64,000 bases of DNA from a virus, in the IMG/VR virus record IMGVR_UViG_3300009159_000033, one strand, 5' to 3'. The notes under the pieces were generated by a model. The model searched no databases and was not told the origin of the DNA. It saw nothing but the letters and a program-made list of their open reading frames with translations. Position numbers and translations under genes: made by a program. Shown piece after piece: positions 27,126-36,225 of the stretch (within the stretch, counting starts at the first letter, position 1; each line of letters opens with the position of its first letter).

Positions 27126-29930
27126 ATGTACGAAAAAAATGCTGATCTAATGGGTTCGTTTTCCAATGCAAGAAGTGCAGTGTCTAAAAGTGCATTAGGT
27201 CTATTAGACAAGATTAGAGGTACTTCCGTAAATGATGTAGTGGCGGATCGTGAAGCACAGGGCAAGCAGCTGCAAGACAGCATAACCGAAGCTATTCCTA
27301 AGTCTATTCGAGAAAATGTAGATTCCTTAAGCAGCCAACCTATAGGTGAATTAGCAGACAAAGCTACAAAAGCTTTGTCAAGCGTGGGAAATCATTCCAA
27401 ATTAGACACAAGTCCTTCCGCTTTATCCTACATTCCCGGCATTGGTGGATTTTTAGGTGGGTTAGCCAAACCGACACCAGGACGGGGCCGATTTGTTAGC
27501 TCCTTGGGTGAAGGTATTACCGGCAACGCTGGAGCTGGGTTAGGTGGTGCTTTAGGTTTTACAGGCGGTGCAGCACTAGGGGGTGTTGGTCACCTACTCA
27601 TGTCTTTGTTATCTAAGGGTAAATATCATAAGTTAACTGCTGGACTTGGAGCACAGCCTGCCATGATGGGTGGTGCAGCCCTTGGTGGCTTAACTGGTGG
27701 TTCCTTAGGTACGCACGCTGGTGCTGGTCTTTTCCGTGACATTGCTGCCAAACCAGAGAAAAGTGCTGAGCTTACCGGAAACCAAGAAGAAATTGATGTT
27801 AACAACAATGATAAAATTGAAGCAGCAGATTTAGCTAATTTGAGAAAAGGTAAAAATCTTTCTAAGGATAAGACTAAGTTTGCTGAATGGCCAGACAAGC
27901 CTACATTTACAGCAAATATGTCACTACCTGAAAAGCAACCTAATCGTTATGTGGTTGGTAAGAAATCTGCTCCAAAAGCAAATACAGCTGGGATAGAAGA
28001 GGCGCAGGCTAAACTTGCCTCACAAGACAATGCTTCTCCCTCTCGCTCAGCTGCAGGTGACAGTAAAGGAGTGAAGTACAAACAGCAGAACGAAGACCAT
28101 GCAACAGGCACAGCTGCGTTTGACTCTTTAGACAAGTATCTAAGAATGTCTAAGAAAGCCGGATTAAACGATTTCCAAACTAACTTCTTTGGTCGATTGA
28201 TCCAAGAAGGCAGAAATCAACAAGAGATTTACGCAGCGGTTAAACAAGCTAATGCTCAATTTGGAGCTGAAGTTGGTAAAGAATTAAAGCGTGGCTTTAA
28301 GAAGTTAGCAGGGGTTGGTAGCTTACTAGGACAAGGTCTTATGACCGCCGGTAGAGCTGCGATGGGTAATGCTGGCAATATTGCTAAGATTGGGGTTGGC
28401 GGTGGGGCACTAGCAGCGGGAGCAGGTGCGGGCTATGGTGCAGCTCAAATGCCCGAAGCAGTAAAAGGAGGAATCACTCAAGCAGCCCCCGCTATCGGTG
28501 CTGGTGTTGCAAATACTGCAATGGATCGCATGCAGAAGATGCCCGGACAAATTGCACAAAATCTACCTAGTCAGTTTGGTGACATGGCTGGTCAAGCTTT
28601 ACAAAGAATGCCAGCACAGTTTGGTGACATGGCTGGTCAAGCTTTACAAAGAATGCCATTTCAAATGGGCGGGGGACAATCTGGAATAGGACAATCAACC
28701 GGCGGCTTTGCTGGTCCTTACAAGCAAAGTAGGGATAAACAAGCAGGTGTGTGGGATAAGCTAGTAGGGTTAGGGCTTAAAGGTACAGGAGTTGCAACAA
28801 AAGCAGCACCTAGAATCATTGGTACTCCTACCGCAGGCACAGGCTTAGCTAATGTAGTAAATCAATCTACTAAGAGCACACTTGTACCTCGTATGGTAAC
28901 AGGTGCAACTACAGGTGCTATAAACCCATTCACTGGGGCTATGGCAGAAGGCCCTGAAGACGAAAGCGGTTGGGGTATGGCTGGAAGAATTGGAGCTAGT
29001 GCTTTAGCTGGTGCCGGCCTTGGTGGTGCTGGCAACATGAAAATGAATAACATGCTGAAGCGTATGAGTGGTGGTACTTTTGCCGGTGGTGCTGCGGACC
29101 AAGCTGCAGGGCTAGCAGGTTATGACACAGGTGGTTATGGCGCAAAAGGCGGTTTCCTTGGTGCAGCTGCTTTACCTAAACTCTACTCTAAAGGTGGCGT
29201 TACAGGAATTGGGGCCACTAAAATACCTGGCACACAGAAAACTATCTCAGATTTAGCGGGCTTTGCTGGTGGTACCGGCGGTAAATCCATACAGACTGCA
29301 GATTTACTAAGTTTAGCTGATCCATTTAATATGGGCATGAAAGGTATAGGTGCAGGTTACAAAGCATTAAAACCATTTGCCAAATCTAATCCTATAGCCA
29401 CTGCTGGTTTAGGGTTAGGAGCTGCAGGGGTTGGCACTGGAGCTTACATGGCTAATTCAGTTAAGGGTATGCGTGATGACATGGCCAAGCAAATGACTAG
29501 CTTCCGCAATGAAGCTAACAACCACTTGTCCGGTATTCGTCAAGATCTTGGCGGTGGCATGGGCGGAATTGGACAGTTCTTTAATGAGAATAAACATTGG
29601 TTGATGCCTGCGTTGTTGGCGGGCGGGGGTGCCCTTGCGGGCGGTGCACTAGGTGGTGGTACCGGTGCTGCACTAGGCGGTCTTAGCTTACCCGCTCTCT
29701 ACATGATGCACCAGAATGGTATGTTTGGTGGCGGTGGTGCTGCTAATCCTTTACAAGCACCAGAAGGTAAACCACGTCTCGATTACGCACAGCAAAATCA
29801 ACAACATGCAAGAGAGGAAGCAGACAAGCAAGTTGCTGCTCGTACTCAAGATCCAAGGTTGGCAAGCCCCACGAAAAAAAATAACTCCGTGGGTGGTGGT
29901 GGATTAATAAATCCTAATAACATGAAATAA
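27126..29930 (+). CDS. Large Gly/Ala-rich KxA-punctuated protein with glycine zippers, probable virion/ejection protein
   Basis: Start moved to ATG 27126 (SD ggaga); six KxA-type boundary sites; no Cys seen; several GxxxG runs. Confidence 0.6.
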   Translation: MYEKNADLMGSFSNARSAVSKSALGLLDKIRGTSVNDVVADREAQGKQLQDSITEAIPKSIRENVDSLSSQPIGELADKATKALSSVGNHSKLDTSPSALSYIPGIGGFLGGLAKPTPGRGRFVSSLGEGITGNAGAGLGGALGFTGGAALGGVGHLLMSLLSKGKYHKLTAGLGAQPAMMGGAALGGLTGGSLGTHAGAGLFRDIAAKPEKSAELTGNQEEIDVNNNDKIEAADLANLRKGKNLSKDKTKFAEWPDKPTFTANMSLPEKQPNRYVVGKKSAPKANTAGIEEAQAKLASQDNASPSRSAAGDSKGVKYKQQNEDHATGTAAFDSLDKYLRMSKKAGLNDFQTNFFGRLIQEGRNQQEIYAAVKQANAQFGAEVGKELKRGFKKLAGVGSLLGQGLMTAGRAAMGNAGNIAKIGVGGGALAAGAGAGYGAAQMPEAVKGGITQAAPAIGAGVANTAMDRMQKMPGQIAQNLPSQFGDMAGQALQRMPAQFGDMAGQALQRMPFQMGGGQSGIGQSTGGFAGPYKQSRDKQAGVWDKLVGLGLKGTGVATKAAPRIIGTPTAGTGLANVVNQSTKSTLVPRMVTGATTGAINPFTGAMAEGPEDESGWGMAGRIGASALAGAGLGGAGNMKMNNMLKRMSGGTFAGGAADQAAGLAGYDTGGYGAKGGFLGAAALPKLYSKGGVTGIGATKIPGTQKTISDLAGFAGGTGGKSIQTADLLSLADPFNMGMKGIGAGYKALKPFAKSNPIATAGLGLGAAGVGTGAYMANSVKGMRDDMAKQMTSFRNEANNHLSGIRQDLGGGMGGIGQFFNENKHWLMPALLAGGGALAGGALGGGTGAALGGLSLPALYMMHQNGMFGGGGAANPLQAPEGKPRLDYAQQNQQHAREEADKQVAARTQDPRLASPTKKNNSVGGGGLINPNNMK
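28572..28658 (+). repeat. In-frame tandem duplication (45-nt period, QFGDMAGQALQRMP x2)
   Basis: Two identical 42-nt copies. Confidence 0.9.
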
Positions 29931-29942
29931 ATGAAGCTGTGT

Positions 29943-30236
29943 GTCGAGTAAGTGGCTGTGTAGAGCGCAAGGCGGGTTGTATACTCCCCGTATCATCTCT
30001 AGCAGCTGGGTGCGTTTGTTTCTAGTAGATAAACGCACAGAACGCTGCTGGGGAAAATTCCTTGCGATCAGTGTTTCGGGCAGTTGGAATGGTGGCTGTT
30101 TTAAAGGGTCCACGATACCTCAGGTCTCCTTTCGCCCTACCACCATACAACTTGAGACCTCTGATACACCACAGGGTGTCACGTTTCGACGAGGAAAGGC
30201 GGAAACGCTAGACCGGGTGCGACTGCCCAGCTTGAC
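29943..30236 (+). ncRNA. Candidate structured, pseudoknotted ncRNA (about 295 nt), family unknown
   Basis: GC-richer intergenic block with at least 8 helices found by eye; G-U pairs favour the + strand. Confidence 0.55.
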
Positions 30237-30238
30237 TT

Positions 30239-30254
30239 TAAATTCTGGATTTTA
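30239..30254. promoter_or_regulatory. 16-bp palindromic site TAAATTCTGGATTTTA
   Basis: Intergenic, 16 nt before ATG 30271. Confidence 0.7.
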
Positions 30255-30270
30255 GAAAAGAAAGAATAAC

Positions 30271-31104
30271 ATGATTAGTAAGGAATTCTATTTTTTTGAT
30301 TGTTTAGGACTTTATCATAAACGAAATGTTTTTGCTCCAGAGCAAATAGCTGCAGCTAATCAAGTGGTGGACGAGTGTCAAGCAAACGCAAGATTTAAGC
30401 GTGGTACTTTGGCTAATGAGATCATCAAATACTTTGGCATATGGGAATCACACCCAATTTTCTTAGAGTTAGCAAACCACCCTGCCGTCCTTGAAGTGTG
30501 TAACCATTCCTTTGGAGGCCCAGATTCTTTTCGTTTGGATCATGCTCTCATCGTTGAATCTACTCCTAAAGATAAATTACAAGGTCTTTTGCATGGGCTT
30601 AGTTTTGGTAAGAACACTACGCACTATCACTTAACCCAAGGTCAGCCACATTTGAACAGCGTATGTTGGACTAGAATTGGGCAGCTTTCTGTTGCAATCA
30701 TATTACAGCCACAAAGTTCAAAGACGGGGGGCTTTTGTTTTATACCCGGATCGCATAAAACTTCTTATTTTGTTTCAGGGCAAGAACTGCACAAGCACAT
30801 ATTTAAAAAACAATCTTTAGACATAAATGAGGAACATCTTATTATTCCTGATTTAAACCCAGGAGATCTGATTGCATTTCCCGAGTCTTTAATTCATGGA
30901 CAAACAGGTATAGCGGGAGCAGAAGAAAATCGTAGGCTTATTTTTAATATGTTCTATCCCATGGGTATTAGGTTTATGGACTGGACTGAGCAATACAAAA
31001 AGATTAGAGAGCATACAAAAGACGAGAAAAAGTTAAAAATTATTAAAGAGTTACCTTCAGATTTAATAAAGTTAGACCCAAATTACGCTGGACCCTCTAA
31101 GTGA
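30271..31104 (+). CDS. Phytanoyl-CoA dioxygenase (PhyH)-family Fe(II)/2OG oxygenase
   Basis: FRLDH, LHG, FIPGSHK, PGDLIAFPESLIHG, RRLIF. Confidence 0.75.
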   Translation: MISKEFYFFDCLGLYHKRNVFAPEQIAAANQVVDECQANARFKRGTLANEIIKYFGIWESHPIFLELANHPAVLEVCNHSFGGPDSFRLDHALIVESTPKDKLQGLLHGLSFGKNTTHYHLTQGQPHLNSVCWTRIGQLSVAIILQPQSSKTGGFCFIPGSHKTSYFVSGQELHKHIFKKQSLDINEEHLIIPDLNPGDLIAFPESLIHGQTGIAGAEENRRLIFNMFYPMGIRFMDWTEQYKKIREHTKDEKKLKIIKELPSDLIKLDPNYAGPSK

Positions 31105-31904
31105 AAAACTACAAGTTTGCAATTGTGCGCATTTTGGGTAATGAAAATCCTCCCCGAGATGTGATTGGGGCAAGGTTAAAGTCATTAGAATTTACTTTAA
31201 AAAATGAACCTTCTTTTCCAGATACCATTAAACTTTTCTTGCTGAACCGTTTTTTAGATCCTATTTTTCGAAATCAAATAGAAGAGCTTCTGTTAGAGCG
31301 GCGTATGCGGTACATGGAGCTCCCATTAGACTGGGATAAGCTAAAAACGATGCAACAGAATAAAGCTACAAACGAAGCTTTAAATTTAGAAGTCATTGGT
31401 ATCAACTCTGCAAGAAATGTGGCGATAGACTATGGTCATGTGTTTGCTACAAATGCAATTGTGCTAGATGGAGATTGTATCTTTGATCAAGAAGGCTGGA
31501 ATCAGTTCAGGCAAATTACAGAAGAACAACCTAGTCAGTACTACAGCCTACCTATGGCACGCATACCTCTTGAGCATTACAGCCAAAGGCTAACTGCTCC
31601 TCTAGAAGAGAGTCAGTTAGCCTTTCGAGAGGATTCCTCATTACGCTTTGACTCGGCTAGATTATTTGGGGATAACGATAAATTGGATTTGTTGTTCCGG
31701 CTTGGGCATGACCGTACTCCTCTAACCGCTCATCTTAAAATAGAAGGAGATAAGACAAAATTAGCTGGATATGTTTTGCACCTACAGACTGGAAAAAATG
31801 TTACAGAAAGCTCAGTGCTTGTACGTTGTAAAGAGCGAAACGAATCGTTGCGTTGTTTGTTTGACAAAGTTCGAACAATGGCAGAGGAGCGGAATCGTTG
31901 TTAA
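31101..31904 (+). CDS. Possible GT-A glycosyltransferase-like protein
   Basis: INSARNVAI...IVLDGD pattern. Confidence 0.45.
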   Translation: MKNYKFAIVRILGNENPPRDVIGARLKSLEFTLKNEPSFPDTIKLFLLNRFLDPIFRNQIEELLLERRMRYMELPLDWDKLKTMQQNKATNEALNLEVIGINSARNVAIDYGHVFATNAIVLDGDCIFDQEGWNQFRQITEEQPSQYYSLPMARIPLEHYSQRLTAPLEESQLAFREDSSLRFDSARLFGDNDKLDLLFRLGHDRTPLTAHLKIEGDKTKLAGYVLHLQTGKNVTESSVLVRCKERNESLRCLFDKVRTMAEERNRC

Positions 31905-32422
31905 ATGCTCGTAAAATACTACATGTAGATTGGCCTCTCGAACTTCAGCTAATGAATACGCTTAGGGACAATTTACTCAAGTTAAATATAAATGCGTCTA
32001 ACACAGTTGTAGTCGCAGTATCCACAGACTATTCCTCTGTAGTCGCCCAGTACCTTAGGCACCAGTTATCTCACGATGGCGAAATATGTGAAGGGTTTGG
32101 CATTGATGTTCCCTATCCCGATGAAAAGTTTGATGACAAATTTGTTACCGCTATCTTGGCTTTGTTCTATTTAAACCTTGCAAACATCGGAAACAAGAAA
32201 ATCCTTCTTGTAGAAGCGGGTGTTATTCGAGGTGGTAACTACACCAAGGTTCATGAGATAATTAGGCAGCAACTTAAGCTAACTCAAGAGGTATACACCC
32301 TTACTTTGTTTGAGAATTTTGGAAGTAAATTCAAGTCTGACTTTGTAGGCAGGTATTACAATGATTTAAAAGAAGATTTAACTTTTTGGTGGGAAAAGCC
32401 AAACAAACATTGGCCACTTTAG
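31898..32422 (+). CDS. Type I phosphoribosyltransferase-fold protein
   Basis: KILLVEAGVIRGGNY variant PRPP loop; TTG start. Confidence 0.6.
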   Translation: MLNARKILHVDWPLELQLMNTLRDNLLKLNINASNTVVVAVSTDYSSVVAQYLRHQLSHDGEICEGFGIDVPYPDEKFDDKFVTAILALFYLNLANIGNKKILLVEAGVIRGGNYTKVHEIIRQQLKLTQEVYTLTLFENFGSKFKSDFVGRYYNDLKEDLTFWWEKPNKHWPL

Positions 32423-32440
32423 CAAATAACAAGGATTGCA

Positions 32441-33028
32441 ATGCGAGTCAGCAAAAAAGCTAAATTGGTCTACATTAACCCGCCTCGTACCGGCACCACA
32501 TTAATCGACCAAGTCATGCACGAGTTTTTTGATGATGTATGGCATCCTAAAAAATGCACACAGCATACTACTGTTTGGAACCCTAATTGGCATGATTACT
32601 TCATTTTTATCTCAGTAAGAAATCCTTACACTCGTGCAGTTAGTATTTGGCAACGCCAAGCCCAGTACTGGAATCGTAGAAAAGACAGTTGGAAAAAATG
32701 GCTCAATAATGGAAAGATATCTTTTGAAGATTTAATCTTACACCCTAGCGAAGAGGTGCAGAATTGGTGGCAATGGCAGGTATGCTCTTCTTTTACGAAA
32801 CTTATTCCCCGCATTGACCATGTAGTGCATTTGGAACAACTGCAAGAAGACTTAGAAAAAGTGCCTGGGTTAAAAAAAGAAAAGTATGATTGTGTTAATC
32901 CAAGCCATTATTCAAAAGCATGGCAAGCTAACTATCAAAGTGAACGATGTATTTCTGCGGTGAAAAGAATATTCCAGCCTGATTTTGAATCTTATGGGTA
33001 CAGCGACACATTTTCTCAATATCTTTAG
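32441..33028 (+). CDS. Sulfotransferase family 2 protein
   Basis: INPPRTGTT (5'-PSB), SVRNPYTRAVS (3'-PB), DFESYGY end. Confidence 0.75.
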   Translation: MRVSKKAKLVYINPPRTGTTLIDQVMHEFFDDVWHPKKCTQHTTVWNPNWHDYFIFISVRNPYTRAVSIWQRQAQYWNRRKDSWKKWLNNGKISFEDLILHPSEEVQNWWQWQVCSSFTKLIPRIDHVVHLEQLQEDLEKVPGLKKEKYDCVNPSHYSKAWQANYQSERCISAVKRIFQPDFESYGYSDTFSQYL

Positions 33029-33112
33029 CTGCTATAGCCTAGAATTATAATTGGAAGGTATAATGATTTTTTAGGATGGACTCGATTTGTATGTCAAATT
33101 GGGCTGAATCTG

Positions 33113-33142
33113 TTGACACAGATTACCAACATTAGGTATTAC
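33113..33142 (+). promoter_or_regulatory. Possible sigma70-like promoter
   Basis: TTGACA-18 nt-TATTAC (weak -10). Confidence 0.3.
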
Positions 33143-33183
33143 TAATAGTTGATGATACAAGATAAATAACAAGGAGCATTGCA

Positions 33184-34185
33184 ATGCGAAGAAGTTTAGC
33201 AAGTCAGTATCGAGTTAAAACCGCACATCACTTACTTAACATCGTTGCGTTGAAGCGAGAAATGGACACCTACAGTGTAGACGGTCTGTTGAAAGCTGCT
33301 TCTACTGGGCATAGCAAAGAAGCTTGTTTAAGATACGCTGGATTACACGCTGCTTTGTTGATTGAAAAGCGAGCGGTAGACAGCTATAATTTTGGACCAG
33401 ATACAGCTGCATTTAAAAACAATAGTCCAAAACCAGCTGCACCTACAGTAACACCGCCTACAGCAGCACCTGCAGCAAAAATACCAAATCGTGGCTTTGC
33501 TGGCTTATTTGGAGGCGGAAGCGCAGCTCCTAAACCCGCAGCTTCGAGTTCTAGTGGTTCTGGTTACACCGGTGGTAACTATATGATTAACACTCAAGCT
33601 ACAAAGCCTTCCACCGCACCTAGCAACCTTGATGCAAGTATGCTGGATGGACTTCTTGCCCACAGTAAAGCTAATGATGTGCAAGCCCCTGGTTTATCAG
33701 TTCTATCCCCAGCAAGCCCACCACCTGCAATGAATAATGCAGGCACAGCCTCAAGGAGACAAGCTCCGGCACCACTTACCGCAAATGTGATTCCTAAACC
33801 GCAAGGCACGGCTAATGCAACCAGTGGTTTAGGTTATGATCCTACTGGCTCCGGAAGTGCTGGAAGAGTTTCGGGTACTAAGCCTGCTCCAACCCCTCCC
33901 GAAAATGATATGAGCAGCAAAAAGTTTAAACCTACTGCAGACACCGTAGACCCTGTTGAAGAAGCTTACTCCAAGCAATTAAACGAAAGTGCTGCTGCTG
34001 CTGCAAAAACTGACAAAATGCCAAGCCTTTCAGAAAGTTCTGGGGCAGAAGGCGGTGTACCTGCAGCACAAGAAGCAATAGCTGCACAATCTCAAGGTAA
34101 TGGGCGTAGTGGTCGCTTCTTTAATGGACAAGGTATTGGGCAAGGTCTCCAAAACCGTGGTCGCCTATTTGGGCGAGGCCGTTAA
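33184..34185 (+). CDS. KxA-leader protein with a low-complexity Pro/Ala/Ser/Gly body
   Basis: N-terminal helical module ending IEKRA, then disordered region. Confidence 0.6.
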   Translation: MRRSLASQYRVKTAHHLLNIVALKREMDTYSVDGLLKAASTGHSKEACLRYAGLHAALLIEKRAVDSYNFGPDTAAFKNNSPKPAAPTVTPPTAAPAAKIPNRGFAGLFGGGSAAPKPAASSSSGSGYTGGNYMINTQATKPSTAPSNLDASMLDGLLAHSKANDVQAPGLSVLSPASPPPAMNNAGTASRRQAPAPLTANVIPKPQGTANATSGLGYDPTGSGSAGRVSGTKPAPTPPENDMSSKKFKPTADTVDPVEEAYSKQLNESAAAAAKTDKMPSLSESSGAEGGVPAAQEAIAAQSQGNGRSGRFFNGQGIGQGLQNRGRLFGRGR

Positions 34186-34190
34186 TTAGT

Positions 34191-34206
34191 TAAAATCTAG
34201 AATTGA
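34191..34206. promoter_or_regulatory. 16-bp palindromic site TAAAATCTAGAATTGA
   Basis: Intergenic, just after the stop of 33184. Confidence 0.7.
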
Positions 34207-34238
34207 ACCTAGGCACTTATTTGTAGCTTAGGTTCAAT
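34202..34238. terminator. Intergenic hairpin overlapping the palindrome
   Basis: ATTGAACCTA/TAGGTTCAAT stem followed by CTAGTTTCTTT. Confidence 0.5.
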
Positions 34239-34260
34239 CTAGTTTCTTTTGAGGGATAGC

Positions 34261-35493
34261 ATGGCAAATTATACGAATGAAAAGCTTGCTTGGGAGGCTT
34301 TAACCAACATGTTTGGGGGTTCAAAGCCTACTCCAAATCCAGCTCTTGCACGTATCAATTTACCAGCTCCTGCTCAACCTGATTACTCTGGCGGTTGGTT
34401 AGGTGGTATGCTTGGTATGTCTGGGCCTACTCCTAATACCTTAACTAAAGGTATGCAGGCAGATAGGGCTGCTGGAACAGATACTGCTTCTCGTCATGAA
34501 GCTATGCGCAAAGCTATGCCCGCAAATCTACCAGCTCCACCTCCTCCACCACCTGATCACTCAGGCGGTTGGTTAGGTAATATGCTTGGTATGTCTGGGC
34601 CTACCCCTAATACTACAACTGCAGGTTTTCGTGCAGATCAAGCTGCGGGGACAGATACAGCATCAAGACAAAACGCACAGATGCAAGCTGGAACAAATGT
34701 TGGGGGTGGTACCCCTATAGGCGTAGACGAAGTGGCGGGAACTAATGTTGGCGGTGGAATCCCTGAAGGAGTTAAACAATCCATGGACAAGCAAGCTATA
34801 GCTCTTAGAGCAAATCGTTTACATATTTTGAACACAGAGATTGCTCGATACAATCCTGCCAATTTGATTAAACAAGCTGCAGACTATCCCACTACAAGCA
34901 ATAAGCAAGCATGTGCTTATTACCTTGGGTTGAAGAAGCAAGCAGCGGTAGAGAAGAAAGCTTTTCTTAAAGCATTAGGTAAAATATTAGGTGGTGCTTA
35001 TGGTGTGGCCAAAGGTGCAGTTACTGGGGCAGCTCCTCATGTAGGTGACGCAATGCGTGGAGCAGCAACAGGAGTTAGAAATTACACTGTAGCTAATCCT
35101 CTTAAAGCCGTAGCAGGTGGTGGTGCCCTTGGGCTTACCGGCGAACACTATGTCTTACCATTCTTAGGTGATGTAGCTAACACCGTCAAAGATAGATACA
35201 ACGAGTCCGCAAAAGGATTTGATGAATTCATGCATAGGCTTGGTAGAGGCTACAAAGCAACTACTGCTGACCCGACTTCTGACTTTTCAAGCGATGGTAT
35301 AAACAAAGCCAAAAAAGTAATAGAAAGCGTTACTCCTAAAGCAATTACTTCTGGCATCATACCTTCCAAACCTTCTAGACTGCTTGAAGTAGAAGAAGGC
35401 TCTATTCCTGATGATTTTAAGTCTAGATCTTTGCCTAGGGATAACCCCCAGTGGAGAAGTGGAACACGTGGTCGAGACTACCCCAGATACTAG
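34261..35493 (+). CDS. KxA-punctuated protein with an internal duplication
   Basis: Start at ATG 34261 (SD gaggga); NEKLA, DKQA, IKQA, KKQAAVEKKA. Confidence 0.6.
   Translation: MANYTNEKLAWEALTNMFGGSKPTPNPALARINLPAPAQPDYSGGWLGGMLGMSGPTPNTLTKGMQADRAAGTDTASRHEAMRKAMPANLPAPPPPPPDHSGGWLGNMLGMSGPTPNTTTAGFRADQAAGTDTASRQNAQMQAGTNVGGGTPIGVDEVAGTNVGGGIPEGVKQSMDKQAIALRANRLHILNTEIARYNPANLIKQAADYPTTSNKQACAYYLGLKKQAAVEKKAFLKALGKILGGAYGVAKGAVTGAAPHVGDAMRGAATGVRNYTVANPLKAVAGGGALGLTGEHYVLPFLGDVANTVKDRYNESAKGFDEFMHRLGRGYKATTADPTSDFSSDGINKAKKVIESVTPKAITSGIIPSKPSRLLEVEEGSIPDDFKSRSLPRDNPQWRSGTRGRDYPRY
34381..34668 (+). repeat. In-frame duplication, 174-nt period (D.SGGWLG.MLGMSGPTPNT...AAGTDTASR)
   Basis: Two diverged copies visible in DNA and protein. 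Confidence 0.85.
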
Positions 35494-35547
35494 TTTGTAA
35501 GTTTTTTTGATGGAAATGTTGACAACCACTTTGTATGTTAGTTCTTC

Positions 35548-36225
35548 ATGTCAAAGCTTAAACTTATAATCACCGGCTGGTCTCGTGGTGGCTTAGGTTA
35601 TGTTGCTGAGCTATTACGGCTCAGCGGGGCAGAGGTTGGCCAGACATTTGATGAAAATATCTGTTATAAAAATGTCGAAGAGTGGTTACAGAATGCCAAG
35701 GAAATAGAAGTTTCCTCATTTTTTGTACCTTGGTTGGCTTACGAAAAGTTGAAAGGTATTCGTGTAGTTTTTATTACACGAGACCCAATGTGCGTTTTAA
35801 ACAGTTTGTATTTTCATGGGATGTTCCATGATGAAAAGATGTCTAAAATAAAAGAAAAAGCTTATTATGTATTTCATAATTTCAAAAAAACCTATGAAGG
35901 TAAACCTGCACAAGCAGCAGTAGCTTATATTATTGATTGGCATGGCTTAGCTAAACTTCTTTGTCCTACGCTAGTTGAATTGCCGGTAGAAGAAGGCCCT
36001 CATCATTTGTTAAAAATACTTTTATCTCAACAATTTAAAGACACTATCTTTTGTCCGCCTACCGTTAACAGTTCTAATTGTAGACAAGTTTTAGTTCCTT
36101 CTAAACTTCCAAAAAATGCAAAACAAAACATGTTAGAGCTTCTTATTCAGCTAGGTTACCGTGAAAGATTCTGGCTCCCTTGCGGTAACCATGTTTATTA
36201 TGCTAACGCAGATTGGCACTGTTAA
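35548..36225 (+). CDS. Sulfotransferase-fold-like protein
   Basis: IITGWSRGG and FITRDP motifs. Confidence 0.5.
   Translation: MSKLKLIITGWSRGGLGYVAELLRLSGAEVGQTFDENICYKNVEEWLQNAKEIEVSSFFVPWLAYEKLKGIRVVFITRDPMCVLNSLYFHGMFHDEKMSKIKEKAYYVFHNFKKTYEGKPAQAAVAYIIDWHGLAKLLCPTLVELPVEEGPHHLLKILLSQQFKDTIFCPPTVNSSNCRQVLVPSKLPKNAKQNMLELLIQLGYRERFWLPCGNHVYYANADWHC

Noticed and set aside
29943-30236. RNase P RNA, tmRNA or group I intron
   Set aside because: Short words resemble them (GAGGAAAG at 30191, ACAGAA at 30037, CCACCA at 30140, CTGCTGGGGAAA) but the order is wrong and the P4, T-arm and P7 elements are missing; kept only as an unknown structured RNA
29904-30255. ORFs 29941-30255 (+) and 29904-30113 (-) as protein genes
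   Set aside because: No SD, atypical composition, and the region is better explained by RNA structure
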